A stretch of DNA of 63,452 nt, the filler included, from Lenisia limosa (Eukaryota > Protista > Breviatea): assembly GCA_001655205.1 (NCBI GenBank). It is 12 parts of 12 records of this genome, joined end to end, with 100 filler letters (N's around TTAATTAATTAA, not from the genome) between each part and the next. Parts side by side here need not be neighbours in the genome. Positions count along the whole stretch, not along the records: positions 20,678 to 25,936 come from LPNZ01011177.1; positions 26,037 to 32,118 come from LPNZ01010768.1; positions 32,219 to 34,717 come from LPNZ01005286.1; positions 34,818 to 37,054 come from LPNZ01003182.1; positions 37,155 to 51,303 come from LPNZ01011002.1; 7 more parts are not named here. One strand, written 5' to 3'. Shown here one piece after another: positions 25,361 to 38,416 of the stretch. The translations under genes were made by a program, and so were the position numbers. The first letter of the stretch is position 1; the number at the start of each line of letters is the position of its first letter. Below the pieces are notes generated by a model. It did not search any database. It was given only the letters and a program-made list of their open reading frames with translations, and had not been told where the DNA came from.

Positions 25361-25936
25361 CGTCCTCGAGAGTTTCAACTTTGGAGTCACTTCAGTCTCC
25401 AATGCAGCTGTGCGCAGTTTCTCCATTACAAACCGGGGGAACATCAGCCTCGATTTCAGGTGAGGAGGGGGGGGGGNNNNNNNNNNNNNNNNNNNNNNNN
25501 NNNNNNNNNNNNNNNNNNNNNNNNNNNNNNNNNNNNNNNNNNNNNNNNNNNNNNNNNNNNNNNNNNNNNNNNNNNNNNNNNNNNNNNNNNNNNNNNNNNN
25601 NNNNNNNNNNNNNNNNNNNNNNNNNNNNNNNNCGCCCGGGGCGGGAATGCTGATGGCGATGGCACGTCTCTAACCCCCTTGTCGGCGGTGTTTGACGCCA
25701 CTCAGGTCACAATGCAACCAAGCGTTTCGCAGGTAAAAGGGAAGGACCGTACAATGAGGATATTTGACAACACATCTTGGCCGTGGTAATGAGAGCTTGG
25801 TTTGTTATCTCCCGCATTTCTTTGTTTTTCACAGCACCAGATGCTTCTGTCACCAAACGACGTGGTGGAATGTTTGATTCCCGGCCCGGCTACGATATTA
25901 GACACCGCTTTTCCAGGGGAATACATTATTCAGGGG
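25361..25936 (+). CDS. Possible ASH-domain ciliary protein fragment (HYDIN/CFAP47-like)
   Basis: Exon VLESFNFGVTSVSNAAVRSFSITNRGNISLDF resembles ASH-domain FG...F.I.N.G...L.F. Truncated by gaps. Confidence 0.35.
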
Positions 25937-26036
25937 NNNNNNNNNNNNNNNNNNNNNNNNNNNNNNNNNNNNNNNNNNNNTTAATTAATTAANNNNNNNN
26001 NNNNNNNNNNNNNNNNNNNNNNNNNNNNNNNNNNNN

Positions 26037-26613
26037 CAAAACATCATGTCCCCCCCCCCCTCACGATCTAAATCTTTCATGCCCTGCTGTGTCCCAAATT
26101 TGAAGGTCGTAACCCTTGCCATCAACCATGATAGTTTTGATGGAGAAGGTTGCTAGATGGAAAAGTTGAACGGATTTCTTAAAGATATATATATTAAAAT
26201 AAAAGACAAATAGAAAGGATAGTAATACCCCCAATGTTTCATTTTACACCCGAAGCTGGGGATTCTACTTAGCAAAAATTGCTTATCAAGCTTTTCAAAG
26301 ACGTGACCAAAAAAAAAAAAAAAACAGAGACAGCATAGCGGGATAAGAAACAAGGCGAAGGGGTCTGGTTAATTATCACTTCTACCACTAACCTCCAATT
26401 GTAGAATGTGTTTTAGCCTTAAACTCATTCTCAATGAATCTCATCATGATCGATGTCTGGAGAGTTAAAGAAACACTGTCAGATAAAAAAAAACCATTAT
26501 GGAGTAAAAATAAAGGAAAACCCCACGGTGTTTACTATCTTCTGTTACTTTAACTCCCAACCAACCTTTCCCGTTGACATATCGCCAAGGAAAACGACTT
26601 TGTGGGTTGACAT
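26037..26613 (-). CDS. Rab-family small GTPase, 5' half (Rab5/21/22-like); truncated at scaffold end
   Basis: Spliced: MSTHKVVFLGDMSTGK|TSIMMRFIENEFKAKTHSTIG|ATFSIKTIMVDGKGYDLQIWDTAGHERFRS. Confidence 0.85.
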
Positions 26614-27059
26614 TGTACAAGGTTGAGTGATGAATTGAGTTCTTGTTTTTATTCCATCTACTCCAACTCAGTTATGGTAATTTTCTTTTATGCAAATGGC
26701 GGAGAGAAAAGAGGGAGAGGGGTCTTGGAGTGTGCAAAAAACAGCTATTCAATAATCAAGTTGGTGTAAATCTTGTCTAAGAGGAATCCGTAAGATGGTA
26801 TACGAAACGTATGCACGACTTATGTAGGAGCTGGTTGCTAATTTCAAGAGAACGCAAATTCAAAAAAATCAAAATAAATACAAAAAGAACCTGGGAGTTG
26901 GACCACAAACTAAATGCTTTGAAAAAGTGGGTCAAAGGGATTATTGCAATATTCCGTGAATTGTTAAGTTCAGTTCCTTCTGGAACGCCCTTTTTCAGGA
27001 TTTTTTTTTGAGGAAATTTTTGTTCAAGTGTAATTAGAATACTAATTTAGTTGAGCATA

Positions 27060-28259
27060 ATGTCTACCGAACAAATCCGTGATGAAAATGTGTACATGGC
27101 CAAGCTTGCCGAGCAAGCCGAGCGTTATGATGGTTGGGCTCTAGTTTTATTATACATATTGGTTAAAAAGTTGAAAATGACCCTTTTCAGAGATGGTTGA
27201 GGCCATGAGGAAAGTCGCCCAACTTGATGTTGAGCTGACTGTTGAGGAGCGCAACCTTCTTTCTGTTGCTTACAAGAACGTTATTGGTGCTCGGTATGTG
27301 GTTTCCTTAGTTTTGTTCTTATTAGTTTTCTTTTTAAAGTGTTTTTGAGGAAATGGGCTGTTTTAGCGCGATTTTGATAGAAAGGGAAGAATTAAAAGGG
27401 TTGGGGAGGCCAATAAATGGAGTATAAGTGGTCTCTGATCGTTTTAGTCGTGCTTCATGGCGTATCATCTCCTCTATTGAGCAGAAGGAGGAGAACAAGG
27501 GTAATGATGGAAACGTTGGTCGCATCAAGGAGTACCGCCTTAAGGTTGAGAAGGAGCTCCAAGGTTTGTTTCTGAGAGTGTTGAATGGTTTCTGACTCTA
27601 TATAGACATTTGCCAAGATATCCTCAATGTTCTCGATCGCCACCTTATCCCTGCCTCTACCACTGGCGAGTCTAAGGTCTTCTACTACAAGATGTGGGTT
27701 TTGGGGCCTTTATTCTGTCATTTTCTTTGTTTTTTGAAATTCATTTCTTCATTAGGAAGGGTGATTACCACCGTTACCTCGCTGAGTTCCTCACTGGCCA
27801 GCCTCGCAAGGATTCTGCTGAGAGTTCTCTTGTCGCTTACAAATCGTAAGGTTTTTTTTTTTGAGGAATTTGTTCTCATTCCTTTCTTAGTGCTTCTGAT
27901 ATTGCCACCACTGAGCTTCCTCCCACCCACCCCATCCGTCTTGGCCTTGCCTTGAACTTCTCTGTGTTCTACTACGAGATCCTCAACTCTCCCGACCGTG
28001 CCTGCCGTCTTGCCAAGCGCGCCTTCGACGAGGCTATTGCTGAGCTTGATACCCTTTCTGAGGAGTCTTACAAGGACTCTACTCTCATCATGCAGCTTCT
28101 CCGTGATAACCTTACTCTCTGGACCTCAGACATGCAAGGTTTGTTATAAATTCTATATTTAGCGTTTTTTGATCAGTTCTAATTGATTTAGGTGAGGAGA
28201 AGAACGGTGATGAGCAGATCCGTTTGGAGGAGGCTGAGCCTGAGGACGGTGACAACTAG
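27060..28259 (+). CDS. 14-3-3 protein
   Basis: [30 protein letters not shown]...[28 protein letters not shown]...[28 protein letters not shown]...[21 protein letters not shown]. Confidence 0.97.
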
Positions 28260-29224
28260 AGTGGTGTATGTATTTATTTCTTGTATTTTTCTGAACCAAA
28301 ATAAACGAATTTTTTTCGATTCCAACGGTGGTCTGTTTTTCTGGTTTCGTCGATCTTAGGTTCTTCCTTTCTCTTTGGTGGGCATTTGCATTTGCTGTTT
28401 GCTCGGGTGGGCCATAGAGTTCGGTGCCGCCGTGCTGTTGCGCAAAATTGCAAGTGGTACTTGAGTGGTACATCCAAGGTACACCTAATTATTCAGTCTT
28501 AAATCATTAGTGAGTGTCGTCACATATAGTAGTGTAGTATTGGTGTTGTAATCATCATCAGTGAAGTGATATTCGCGGTTTGTGGTTTGATTCTATCTAT
28601 CCCCTATACCCCTATCTATTCGTGNNNNNNNNNNNNNNNNNNNNNNNNNNNNNNNNNNNNNNNNNNNNNNNNNNNNNNNNNNNNNNNNNNNNNNNNNNNN
28701 NNNTGCCTTTTTTTTTTGTTCTGGAATCTTGAAATTGCTTCCGGTTAAGGTTTATTATTGTTGGAGCATGTTGGAATCGGGAGCAGGGGTTTGGATATTG
28801 TTGAAATTGGGTGAGGTTTTTCTTTACTCCTCCTCCTCACCTCCCCTTGTTCCTGACTCAGCTCCTCCTAGACTTTCCTCCTCATGACAATGGACAATAA
28901 TGAACTCGGCTTGCCACCTTCGCCTGCGCATGACCGGCTGAGGAGTCGATAACTTCTGGTTCTGCATACATCAATCGTAACGATCGCAACAAGTGAGCCA
29001 CCGCCCTGTACCTACTTTTTTCTTGGGCCTCATTGCTTTGAGATCCATTCAGTTTCTAGGCATATTGACCCTATCCCATCAGATTTTGATGTTCTTGTGT
29101 GATTTGGTTGAGTATTCTGAAATTCAGGAGTGAACCACCGTTGTATTTCTTTATCATTTCTTGAAGACTGGTGTACAATAGTTTATTATGGTCAGGGTAG
29201 TTCTTTGATTCAAACGTATTTTAG

Positions 29225-29636
29225 GTTGGTGGAAGAACACCACACAGTGAAGAACGTCTGCAGATCCCTTGCTTTGAAGAAAGAAGAGAATGAAGAATTG
29301 AGAGAAGAATTGGTGGAGGAGGTAAGAGAAGAAGTGAAAGGAGATTTAAGAGAAGAATTGGAGGAGGAGGTAAGAGAAGAAGCGAAAGAAGAATTAAGAG
29401 AAGAATTGGAGAAGGTAAGAGAAGAAGTGAAAACAGAATTAAGAGAAGAATTGGTGGAGGAGGTAAGAGAAGAAGTGAAAAAAGAATTAAGAGAAGAATT
29501 GGAGGAGAAGGTAAGAGAAGAAGTGAAAGAAGAATTAAGAGAAGAAGTGGAGGAGTTGCTGAGAGTTCATTATGAAAATAAGAAAAAGTCAAAAGGTGAC
29601 ATGAAGAAAATGACCTGTCAGCTTGTTCTGAAGTAA
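29225..29636 (+). CDS. Last exon of an unidentified coiled-coil protein with tandem EEVREEVKEELREEL repeats
   Basis: Open frame from the acceptor at 29224 to the stop at 29636. About 5 imperfect 42-45-nt repeats preserve the frame. Confidence 0.5.
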
Positions 29637-30133
29637 GCGCAAGCAAGTGCAACTTTCTGCCCCATTTTCCTTTGAACTCCCTGTATTATATAATTGTAAA
29701 TATATTTGTTAAGTATTTGTTAATTTCATCATGAGAAATCTGGCTTGAATGTGTAAGACACAAGATGCCATGCCAATTAGGAAGGTGTGAGCCAAACAAA
29801 TAGAGGTTTATCAATAAGAAACAGAACATTGCTCCTACACGCCTCTCCTGTTGTCCTTGTCAGAGTTAATGCATGGTTGATGTGGCACCAACAACCGGGT
29901 CATCACTGGATCATCAGTCCGTGCGTTCCGGGAAAAGCCAATAAAAACCATCAGCCATTCTCTCCACACCTCCTGCCCCAACGCAAGAAACCACCCCCAT
30001 TGAACCCCTGAACCACCCACCACCATCAAACAACCAAGTAAAGAGGCTGAGTAGTACACCATAGCACTGCCATAGCACACTGTGGGCAGTCGAGTGTAAA
30101 CTGTAATCAGCAAACAGCAAGAAGAGTTTCAAT

Positions 30134-30524
30134 ATGAGGATCTCCCTCATCCTCATTGCTGTACTCTGCTCAGGTGAGCGTGTAATACCGAGCATAAACG
30201 AATAACTCACACCAGTTGTATCATGCTATGAAGTGTCCACTGCGGTCAAAACCAAATGGCGATCAACCTCACTTCTTGCTGAAACTCTGTGGGTGTCATT
30301 GATGGAAAGAAATGGATGATGGCTTAACCACAAACCGGACGTTCTTGTGTCTTCTCTTCTTCTCTATTTTTAAAGATATCATTATTCATGGCGATGTATG
30401 AATGTTGTCAAAGAGTTTCACAAATTGCAGGGAGCTAATATCTGCTTCCAAAGGAGACAAAGCCATGTTTGAAACGGCCAAGTCCATCTGTGATCACCCT
30501 CAAGCATCAACCCTTGACCAACAG
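30134..30524 (+). CDS. Possible N-terminal fragment of UDP-glucose:glycoprotein glucosyltransferase (UGGT)
   Basis: Signal peptide MRISLILIAVLCS, then VVSCYEVSTAVKTKWRSTSLLAETL, which resembles UGGT ITTSLTTKWFSTPLLLEASEFL. The middle exon structure is unresolved. Confidence 0.35.
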
Positions 30525-32327
30525 GTGGGTGGTGACTTTGGTTAGAGTGCTATCGTGATAGGAAGATGAGACACTCAATATTAACCTTTATGCTATTCAT
30601 TGGTTATTCCCAATAAATGTGGGCGTTTTTGATATGATACTTCCTTGTTTTGTTTCTTAAAATTATATGTGGTTTTCTAAAGTATTCTTGCTTTGTATTT
30701 ATTTGTTGTTGTGAAGTGGTGGGACCAACTCTACCTCTTCAATATTGAAAAGAGTAATGCATTAACCTCAAGATTGGAGTTGATTGGAGTTGGGAAAGGC
30801 CGGAAAAGAAGGGATGATTAAAAATTATTTCACTAAATAACTCCTTTCTAAGCCTAAACAGAATTTTACTTGCTAAGTTCACGTACTTACAAGTGTTTTC
30901 TGTGTTGGTGAATTTTTGAATGCCTTTTAGTAAAAACATGTAGGGGCACTTAGAAGCTCTCCTTGGTCTTCTTGACTCCGCTGATGACTTTGGCACCAAG
31001 CTTGGATTAGACAAGTGGTCCCTTGCGTCTCGTGANNNNNNNNNNNNNNNNNNNNNNNNNNNNNNNNNNNNNNNNNNNNNNNNNNNNNNNNNNNNNNNNN
31101 NNNNNGACGAATCCATCAAAGGTGTTTTAAAGGAATACATTTGTATATACATAATACATATGATATACAATATATATTATTATATCATATAATATACAAT
31201 GTATGTGATATACATATATAATATATCTATATACTATATATATATATACATATACATATATGATATACTAGATATTATACAATGTATATATAGTATATAA
31301 ATATATGAGAGGGGGGTCCTATACACACAGACAGTTAATTGGATTCTTTCTATGAGGAGAACGGAAGTAGGTGGGTCTTCGGCAAAAGAAAAAAAAAAAG
31401 GGGGGGGGGGNNNNNNNNNNNNNNNNNNNNNNNNNNNNNNNNNNNNNNNNNNNNNNNNNNNNNNNNNNNNNNNNNNNNNNNNNNNNNNNNNNNNNNNNNN
31501 NNNNNNNNNTGGGAATAGTGTTATCAAAAATTTAACCGAAATGAGATACATCAAAGATGATCTCTGATCAAACAGGTTGCAATGTTCCAACAGCTCGAAA
31601 GCATTGACAGAAACCTCGGCTCGGTTTCAGCGGAATGTGCACGTGACGGCTGGGCTATTTCGAGGGGCGTTGTTGCCTGTACCCCCCAGGAGTTGGACGA
31701 AGTTTTGCGTGTGGCAGTGGTCAAGCCTGTCGATTTGGTTTGCTTTGGGTGAATTGGAGTAAATACAGCGGAAAGCGGCTGGGTTCGTGTTTATACTCTA
31801 ATCAATATCACTGATAAAACGCGGCTGTCTGGACTGCTTTTGCCAGGTGCTCCTGTTTATCCTGTTTTTTGTTTATTCTCTTTTCTGCATATTATGAACA
31901 AATATAAAGAATACTATTCGCTTTTGTAAAATATTACAAAAATTCACGGTCTTTTTTGTCCTCGATGAAGCCCTAGATACTAATGATCCAGGAAATGGAC
32001 ACTATTGCCACGGATCATTTTATGTCGTTGACTGAAGGACCCGTGGTGATCGTGTACTTGAAATGTGGGTACCCGGGGGGAAAGGGGTGTACATGAACCA
32101 TGAAAATGGGGGGGGGGGNNNNNNNNNNNNNNNNNNNNNNNNNNNNNNNNNNNNNNNNNNNNTTAATTAATTAANNNNNNNNNNNNNNNNNNNNNNNNNN
32201 NNNNNNNNNNNNNNNNNNGTTGAGGACTTCTCTCAGTTTCAAAAAGGACAAGGGAAATCTTCTTGATTTTTGGAATCGAACCCTCTATTAAGAGTACTCA
32301 TTTCATCCTTTCCATTCCCGTCACCAG

Positions 32328-32584
32328 CTCTCACTACGCCTCCAGGTCGCAGGACGAAGACGAGGTGAAGAGTATCATGAGCCACCCAGAGACTGAAACA
32401 CTGCATGAAGTTAGGGGGATAACGATGTCAAATATTAAGGTGTTAGTTCACTTTTTTTTTCACGTAACATTATTCACCTCTGCAGGTTCTCAAAAGAGCG
32501 TGTGCGATGGTTGACCTCCACGCCAAAAGAGATTACGATATCACACGCATGCGCGAAATTCTCATGACCATTAAGAATGCCTAG
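32328..32584 (+). CDS. C-terminal exons of an unidentified gene (weakly dynamin GED-like)
   Basis: SQDEDEVKSIMSHPETETLHEVRGITMSNIK|VLKRACAMVDLHAK...*; pattern similarity only. Confidence 0.25.
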
Positions 32585-32790
32585 ACTCTTTGAAGGTGAC
32601 CTAATTTATTATTGCATACATAACCTGTTTCCTGGCTCGGAGCAAGATATATGAAAGGTCGGTTTATTTGGGGCGGTGAGCTGAGATCCCAACACACTCT
32701 CATATTCTTTGCCGGTCGCACTTACGGATAGTGAAGAAATTCATTGATATCAAGAAGAAAGGATACAGAAAACATGGAATTTGAAGATAC

Positions 32791-34697
32791 TTATACGGAC
32801 GCCTCATCAAGAGCCTTCCATCTACAGTATGAGAACCAACGCATGAGAAATGAATATGGAGATATGAAGGAAAACAAAGTTATGAAGGGAGTAAAAGCAA
32901 CAACACCCCTCAGCATACTTGCCTTTATTGACGCTCATTGTCTCAACGCAAGTCTGCGACAAGGGCAAGATCTTGGCGACGGCAGAGTACATAGGGCCAA
33001 CAAGGAAGTTGACAAAGCCAAGCTGCAGGGTGATGGATATTCAAAGCAAATTTTTAATAAACTTCAGCCACGAAGCCTTACACCAAAACTATCATCAGGG
33101 GAATCCGCATCCCCCCATTGACCAGCCCAAACCCACGGTCATTTTAGCTTCATCGGGGGTGTCGCGGTCGCAGAACGAAGACACTGGCAGTCCAAGTCGC
33201 TTCTCCTCGTCACCCTGTTGAAGCATCTCCCTGAAATGTCAGATGGGACAATGTGAGGCATTTCGGTTCCAAATGGAAAGGGAAATATCCATTTGAATTG
33301 TCAGTTTTCAATACTGTCTATTTATGTCCGTCTTTGGGAGAAATTCTATAAAACAAAAAAAAAAATAAGCATTTTTGAAGCATACTCGTAAATCATATCG
33401 GTCCAGTATTTGCAGGAAGTGAAGGGTCGGGCAGGGTTGGAGATGTCGGCACATTTGATGATCATGCAGCACAGAGTGGTCACGTGGTCCTAAAATAGTG
33501 AAGATTGGTATCAACGGTAGTTTAGAACCTAAAACAGTCTTTTTCATCGGGGATTGATACACTATATTTCTTAAAACGGTATTCCACACATCAACCCATT
33601 ATCATACCTTTCCAACCATCCAACCATCCCCACCCCCTCCCCACCTTGCTTTCGAAGTTGAATCCCGACGTAATTTCGTTCTCAAACTTGGCTGAAATTG
33701 TAAATAAAAAGCACCATTTTACACTTTGCGTGTGTTATATGATGTTTTCTTGCCGTTAAAATAGTGGTAAGTAGGGTTGGTCAAGTATCTAAAACTAGTG
33801 CGATTGAGGGTTTTTGCGCGGGAAAAAATATTAATATAATAATATTAGGCTCACCCATGATTTGCATGTGGCCAGCAAGGTCAGTTGCCAGGATCATTTC
33901 AATAATGAGCTTCCTGATGTCTTTGTATTGGGCTGGGTTCAGGCCGGAGAGAATGTTGGTCTGGTTCATAAGTCAAAATAAAGTCAACAATGTGCATCAT
34001 TTGAATAATTATTAAAATACGAAGGTTCAATGATAAACGATAGTAATCTAAAGCATCGAACGAAGAGTATAGCAAATCTGGGTGACAATCCATGGTTAGC
34101 ATTGCTTACCTCTGGTTCACCAAGGATCTCAAAGCAAAGGAAGGCGTGGTAGTTCTCAAGGATGGATTTGTCGTTGTACTGAAGAGCCAATTGAGCACTT
34201 GTACTCTGAACAAGGTAAGTACCAGCTTAATCAAAAAACGAAGAATACAATCCGCAAAAAAGGTGTAATGGAACCTTCTGACAGCTCTCCAATTTTTTTC
34301 TCCTCATCCCTACTACTCTGAGGCTTACATGTGGCATGAAATAGTTTATGAACAAAATGTCAATTAATACATCACCCACGACGAGGAAAGCGTTATTGAC
34401 ACCAGGGTGGTCGAGGTCGTGGCATATGGCAGCGACAATTACACCAAGTTTCTACAGTAGAGTCAAGACCATCTGTGAAACATTTCTCAAAACAGAGAGA
34501 GACCAATGATATGTCGCTAACTCAGCAAGGAAAACTTCTGAAGCAAAACAAAGTACAACGCATTTTATAGTAGCAGCATTACAACACTAACACTGTTTGC
34601 GCATAATAGTATACTATATAATGTATCATTTGGTTGCTTACTTGTAAGGGGGTGAGGTATTTGGAGGCTCCGAAGGTTTGGAGGAAGCAGAAGCAGG
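32791..34697 (-). CDS. Class I cyclic-nucleotide phosphodiesterase, catalytic domain; 5' truncated
   Basis: AVDVTQ; AAICHDLDHPGVNNAFL; YNDKSILENYH; EMILATDLAGH; IIKCADISNPARP; QGDEEKRLGLPVS; LGFVNFLVGPMY. Confidence 0.92.
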
Positions 34698-34871
34698 CCT
34701 GTGTGACATCTACTGCGNNNNNNNNNNNNNNNNNNNNNNNNNNNNNNNNNNNNNNNNNNNNTTAATTAATTAANNNNNNNNNNNNNNNNNNNNNNNNNNN
34801 NNNNNNNNNNNNNNNNNGTTTATTGACGAAAATGCCCCAAAACACCAGAACCAAAAATATGCACCTATCAC

Positions 34872-34972
34872 AAGGGCTTCACTTCGGTTCGAAAAATTCT
34901 GGTAAAATATCGACAATTTTCTGAAGATTTATCGAAAAATTCAGTCTGTTTTTGAACCAAAGTGAAGCCCTA
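34872..34972 (+). mobile_element. MITE family 1, full copy
   Basis: AAGGGCTTCACTTCGGTTCGAAAAA...TTTTTGAACCAAAGTGAAGCCCTA. Confidence 0.92.
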
Positions 34973-35186
34973 GAATACACGATGAAATGGATAATTTAAG
35001 CAATAATCCCTCCTTTTTTTTTCTCTTTTATTTTTCTTCCGAAAAAAGAAAAGAAAAAAAAGAAAGAAAAATAATAATAATAAAAAAAAAAACCCANNNN
35101 NNNNNNNNNNNNNNNNNNNNNNNNNNNNNNNNNNNNNNNNNNNNNNNNNNNNNNNNNNNNNNNNNNNNNNNNNNNNNNNNNNNNNN

Positions 35187-36985
35187 CGGGCCTGTCCAGT
35201 AGGATTTATGCAAGAAGAAGAACCAAGACTTGCCAGGAATTCCGTCGGCCTCTGTGGCGAGTAAAAATGGACAATTTATGAAACAAATAAAAAAACCCCA
35301 AAGTAACACTGTTAGCTCAACACTAAAAATTTTGAATATGTGGGGGTGGGGGTAAAAATGGCAAATGTATGAACGAAAAATATTTATATCAGATGTAGCT
35401 AGTATACACTGTTACGCTGCCCCTCCCCCCAATAATTAGCAGTATTGCAAACATACCATTTGCGGTTTGGTGCAAGAACCAGGCAACAAGCAGGTACACA
35501 AGCAGGACGAAGAGATAGAAGTAGAGTTGGGATATGACTGAGGGAAGCGTGTCTTCGTAGAGGACCGGAATATCGTTCTAGGGAATATTAAGGATTAAAT
35601 GAGAAATTCAATCTCAAGAGTATGGGTTCTTGAAATTGCAAAAAAAAAGTTGATGGACTTAATCCCACAAAATATATACAGTATATTATATGTAACTACT
35701 CCTAATTTACCCACAACCTGAGCCAAACTCTCTTGTTTTGGACGACAGCAAAGTCCTAATTTCCCCAGTTACCCCCTAATTTACCCGGGGCTCCTTAATC
35801 TACCCTTATTCCTAATTTCCTCTTATTGCTAATTTAATTTTCCCTTATTGCTAATTTCCCTTTAGTCCTTATTTCCCCGGGTACCCCACCCACCACGGTG
35901 CCGCAGTCGGTGATTGACCGAGTCTTGAAAATATCGTCAAAGCCAAAGAACTTGCCTTCCTCTGGGGGGTGAGGGAAATGAAGGAAATTTTGATGAAGAA
36001 TATTTGATACCTCTCCTCACAAGAAGCTACTTGCCATATAGGGAAACAACACCCACACAAAATACTTGTCATATTAGGAAAAAACCCAAATGCAGCACTT
36101 GCCATATAGGGAAATAGCCCCTACCCACCCCAGGAAGCAACACGACAGAAGTTTTGTGAAATATCCCACACTGGGACTTTGTAGGAGTAGAGACGCATGA
36201 TGCGGAAAATATGAGCAAACCTGGGGGGGGGGGGGNNNNNNNNNNNNNNNNNNNNNNNNNNNNNNNNNNNNNNNNNNNNNNNNNNNNNNNNNNNNNNNNN
36301 NNNNNNNNNNNNNNNNNNNNNNNNNNNNNNNNNNNNNNNNNNNNNNNNNAAATAATAATAATAATTAATAATAATACTAATACTAATAACAGAAATCCCT
36401 CAAACAGTACGTCAGGACCAACGAATTTGATAATGATATCGAAGAAAGTGGGGTCACGGATCATGCTATCGATGCCGCTGTTGCGGTTGTAAATGCCGAC
36501 CTGTGGGGGGTGAGATTGGTAATTTGAAACAAAAAAAAAACAAAAGGAAGCCCACATTCAACTCTGTTGGGATTGGAATTCATGGAACAAAAAAAAAAAA
36601 CAAAGCTCAAAATGTAAAGAGGGTAGGGAGTGGAGGGGTCAGATTGGAAATTTTATAAAACAAAAAATGTCCTTGTTGGCCACCCGTCAAACCTCGCTGG
36701 GGATAGCCACACTTTTGATGATACTCTACACTAGGTTAAACACGAGGAAAAGTGAAACCCTTTCCAGTCCAGGCAGATAGGATATTGTAGGAGAGAAAGA
36801 AAATACGATAAACGAAATAAATTGTCAAAAAACAAAATAGTAAATAAATAAACAGGACAATACAAAAAAAGGGTATAAAACAATGTAAAACCTTCAATAT
36901 TCCTTAACCCCTCCCACCGCGATAGCAAGGTAGATGAAGGTCCAAGTCATACCCTTCTTGGTACCGTAGAAATGAGCACCGAGGG
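35187..36985 (-). CDS. ABCA-subfamily transporter fragment (TMD1 region)
   Basis: ...SVISQLYFYLFVLLVYLLVAWFLHQTAN|EADGIPGKSWFFFLHKSYWTG matches the ABCA LYxxLAWY...GxxxPWYFFLxxSYW motif. Confidence 0.55.
35701..35880 (+). repeat. Degenerate CCTAATTT(A/C)CC minisatellite
   Basis: Repeated cctaatttaccc / cctaatttcccc / gctaatttccc units. Confidence 0.55.
36029..36114 (+). repeat. Three 18-bp direct repeats with short unique spacers
   Basis: ACTTGCCATATAGGGAAA at 36029 and 36097; ACTTGTCATATTAGGAAA at 36064. Confidence 0.75.
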
Positions 36986-37009
36986 CCTAACGAGTGGGTG
37001 AGTTATAGA

Positions 37010-37054
37010 TATAGCAATGAGAAATAAATAATAAGGTTAGATCTGAGTAATTAT
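37010..37054 (+). mobile_element. Repeat family 2, 5' end truncated at scaffold edge
   Basis: TATAGCAATGAGAAATAAATAATAAGGTTAGATCTG. Confidence 0.65.
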
Positions 37055-38416
37055 NNNNNNNNNNNNNNNNNNNNNNNNNNNNNNNNNNNNNNNNNNNNTT
37101 AATTAATTAANNNNNNNNNNNNNNNNNNNNNNNNNNNNNNNNNNNNNNNNNNNNTTTAAATTTTGTTGAAATAGCCGGGTTAAAGTGGAGAAAATAATAA
37201 TTTACGGAAATACGAAGAATTACGGGAATTCTGCGCGGTAGCATATATTATTTCCTGAACACAGATCACAGTCCAAAGCAAACTTGTCCTTCCTCGTCAA
37301 GGTCGTGAACAGGCCGATGACACTTTCCGGAAAAGCAGGTTATGTCACTGGCACCAGCTAAAAACGCCCTCTAGCCAGACACATTCACAACAATTACTGA
37401 TAATAGTTTTCTAACAGCAACGAGAAGACTGAGGGAACATCCTCGAAATTTGGGAATGGCATGGTAATACCAGAACGGAAAAATGGNNNNNNNNNNACCT
37501 TCCAACAAGATCTGGTGCTGATCTGTCTCAAATATTGAATTTCTATAAAAGCCTTACTGAGACATTTTTTAAACTTGTTTTTATAATTTTATTGTATGTA
37601 TGTAGTTTTTGGTTTAAATTTTGTTGAAATGGGTTAAAGTGGAGAAAATAATATTTTACGGAAATACGGATAATTTACGGGAATTCTGCGCGGTAGCATA
37701 TAGTATAGGTTTATTCTGAAGACCGATGGATTTGCAAAGGATATCATTCCTCATTTTATCGAATCCCACAGACCAGCCTATCTCCTAAGGACCCTGAGAC
37801 ATTGTCAATTTTTATTCGAAAGCCTCCGTTGACCTTCTTTCAGGCGATAACGTTGACCACAATGATGTTGGAAAGTAAGGAACCTTTGATTTCTTTGATA
37901 ACTATAGCGCAGTAGAGGAGATCTAGAATATGATTTTTTTATGACAATTCATACTTTAGGGCTACTATTTATCTTGACATTGTTGCATAGTCAAACCCCA
38001 ATTGTCACAGTCATAAAAAAAAGTATAGTTTTGGATCATGGGTGGGGATATTAACATTATCAGAAGCCCTTAATTCATTATATTCCTACCTTCATGAAGT
38101 GTCTTGTGAGATTTGTTCACCACCGTGTTGTGAGAAACTCCCCAGAANNNNNNNNNNAATAAAACTATAGTACTTGTATCCTCTAATTTTTAAGTTTCGA
38201 GACTTGCTCCCTCAGAAAAGGGATTCGGTAGCCCGAGCCACGGGAACTCCATCCTTTCCTTGAGCCTTAGACTTCCTCCCCTTTTTTAGTTGGCCCGACT
38301 ATTCTATATAAGACTCGCGGTTTTCCAATAAAAAAATGTAAGTAATTTACTGGAAAGAGTTTTCCACTTTCCAGTACCACAGATCATTCAAAAACAAAGG
38401 GGGTAAATGTATACGC

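Noticed and set aside
25175-25369. Mutually exclusive exons sharing a 35-nt acceptor region
   Set aside because: The repeat is about k-mer length and abuts a 10-N gap, consistent with an assembly-graph artefact.
37155-37702. ~90-nt direct repeat (37155-37247 and 37615-37702)
   Set aside because: It lies at a scaffold start next to a 10-N gap, so it is probably allelic or assembly redundancy.
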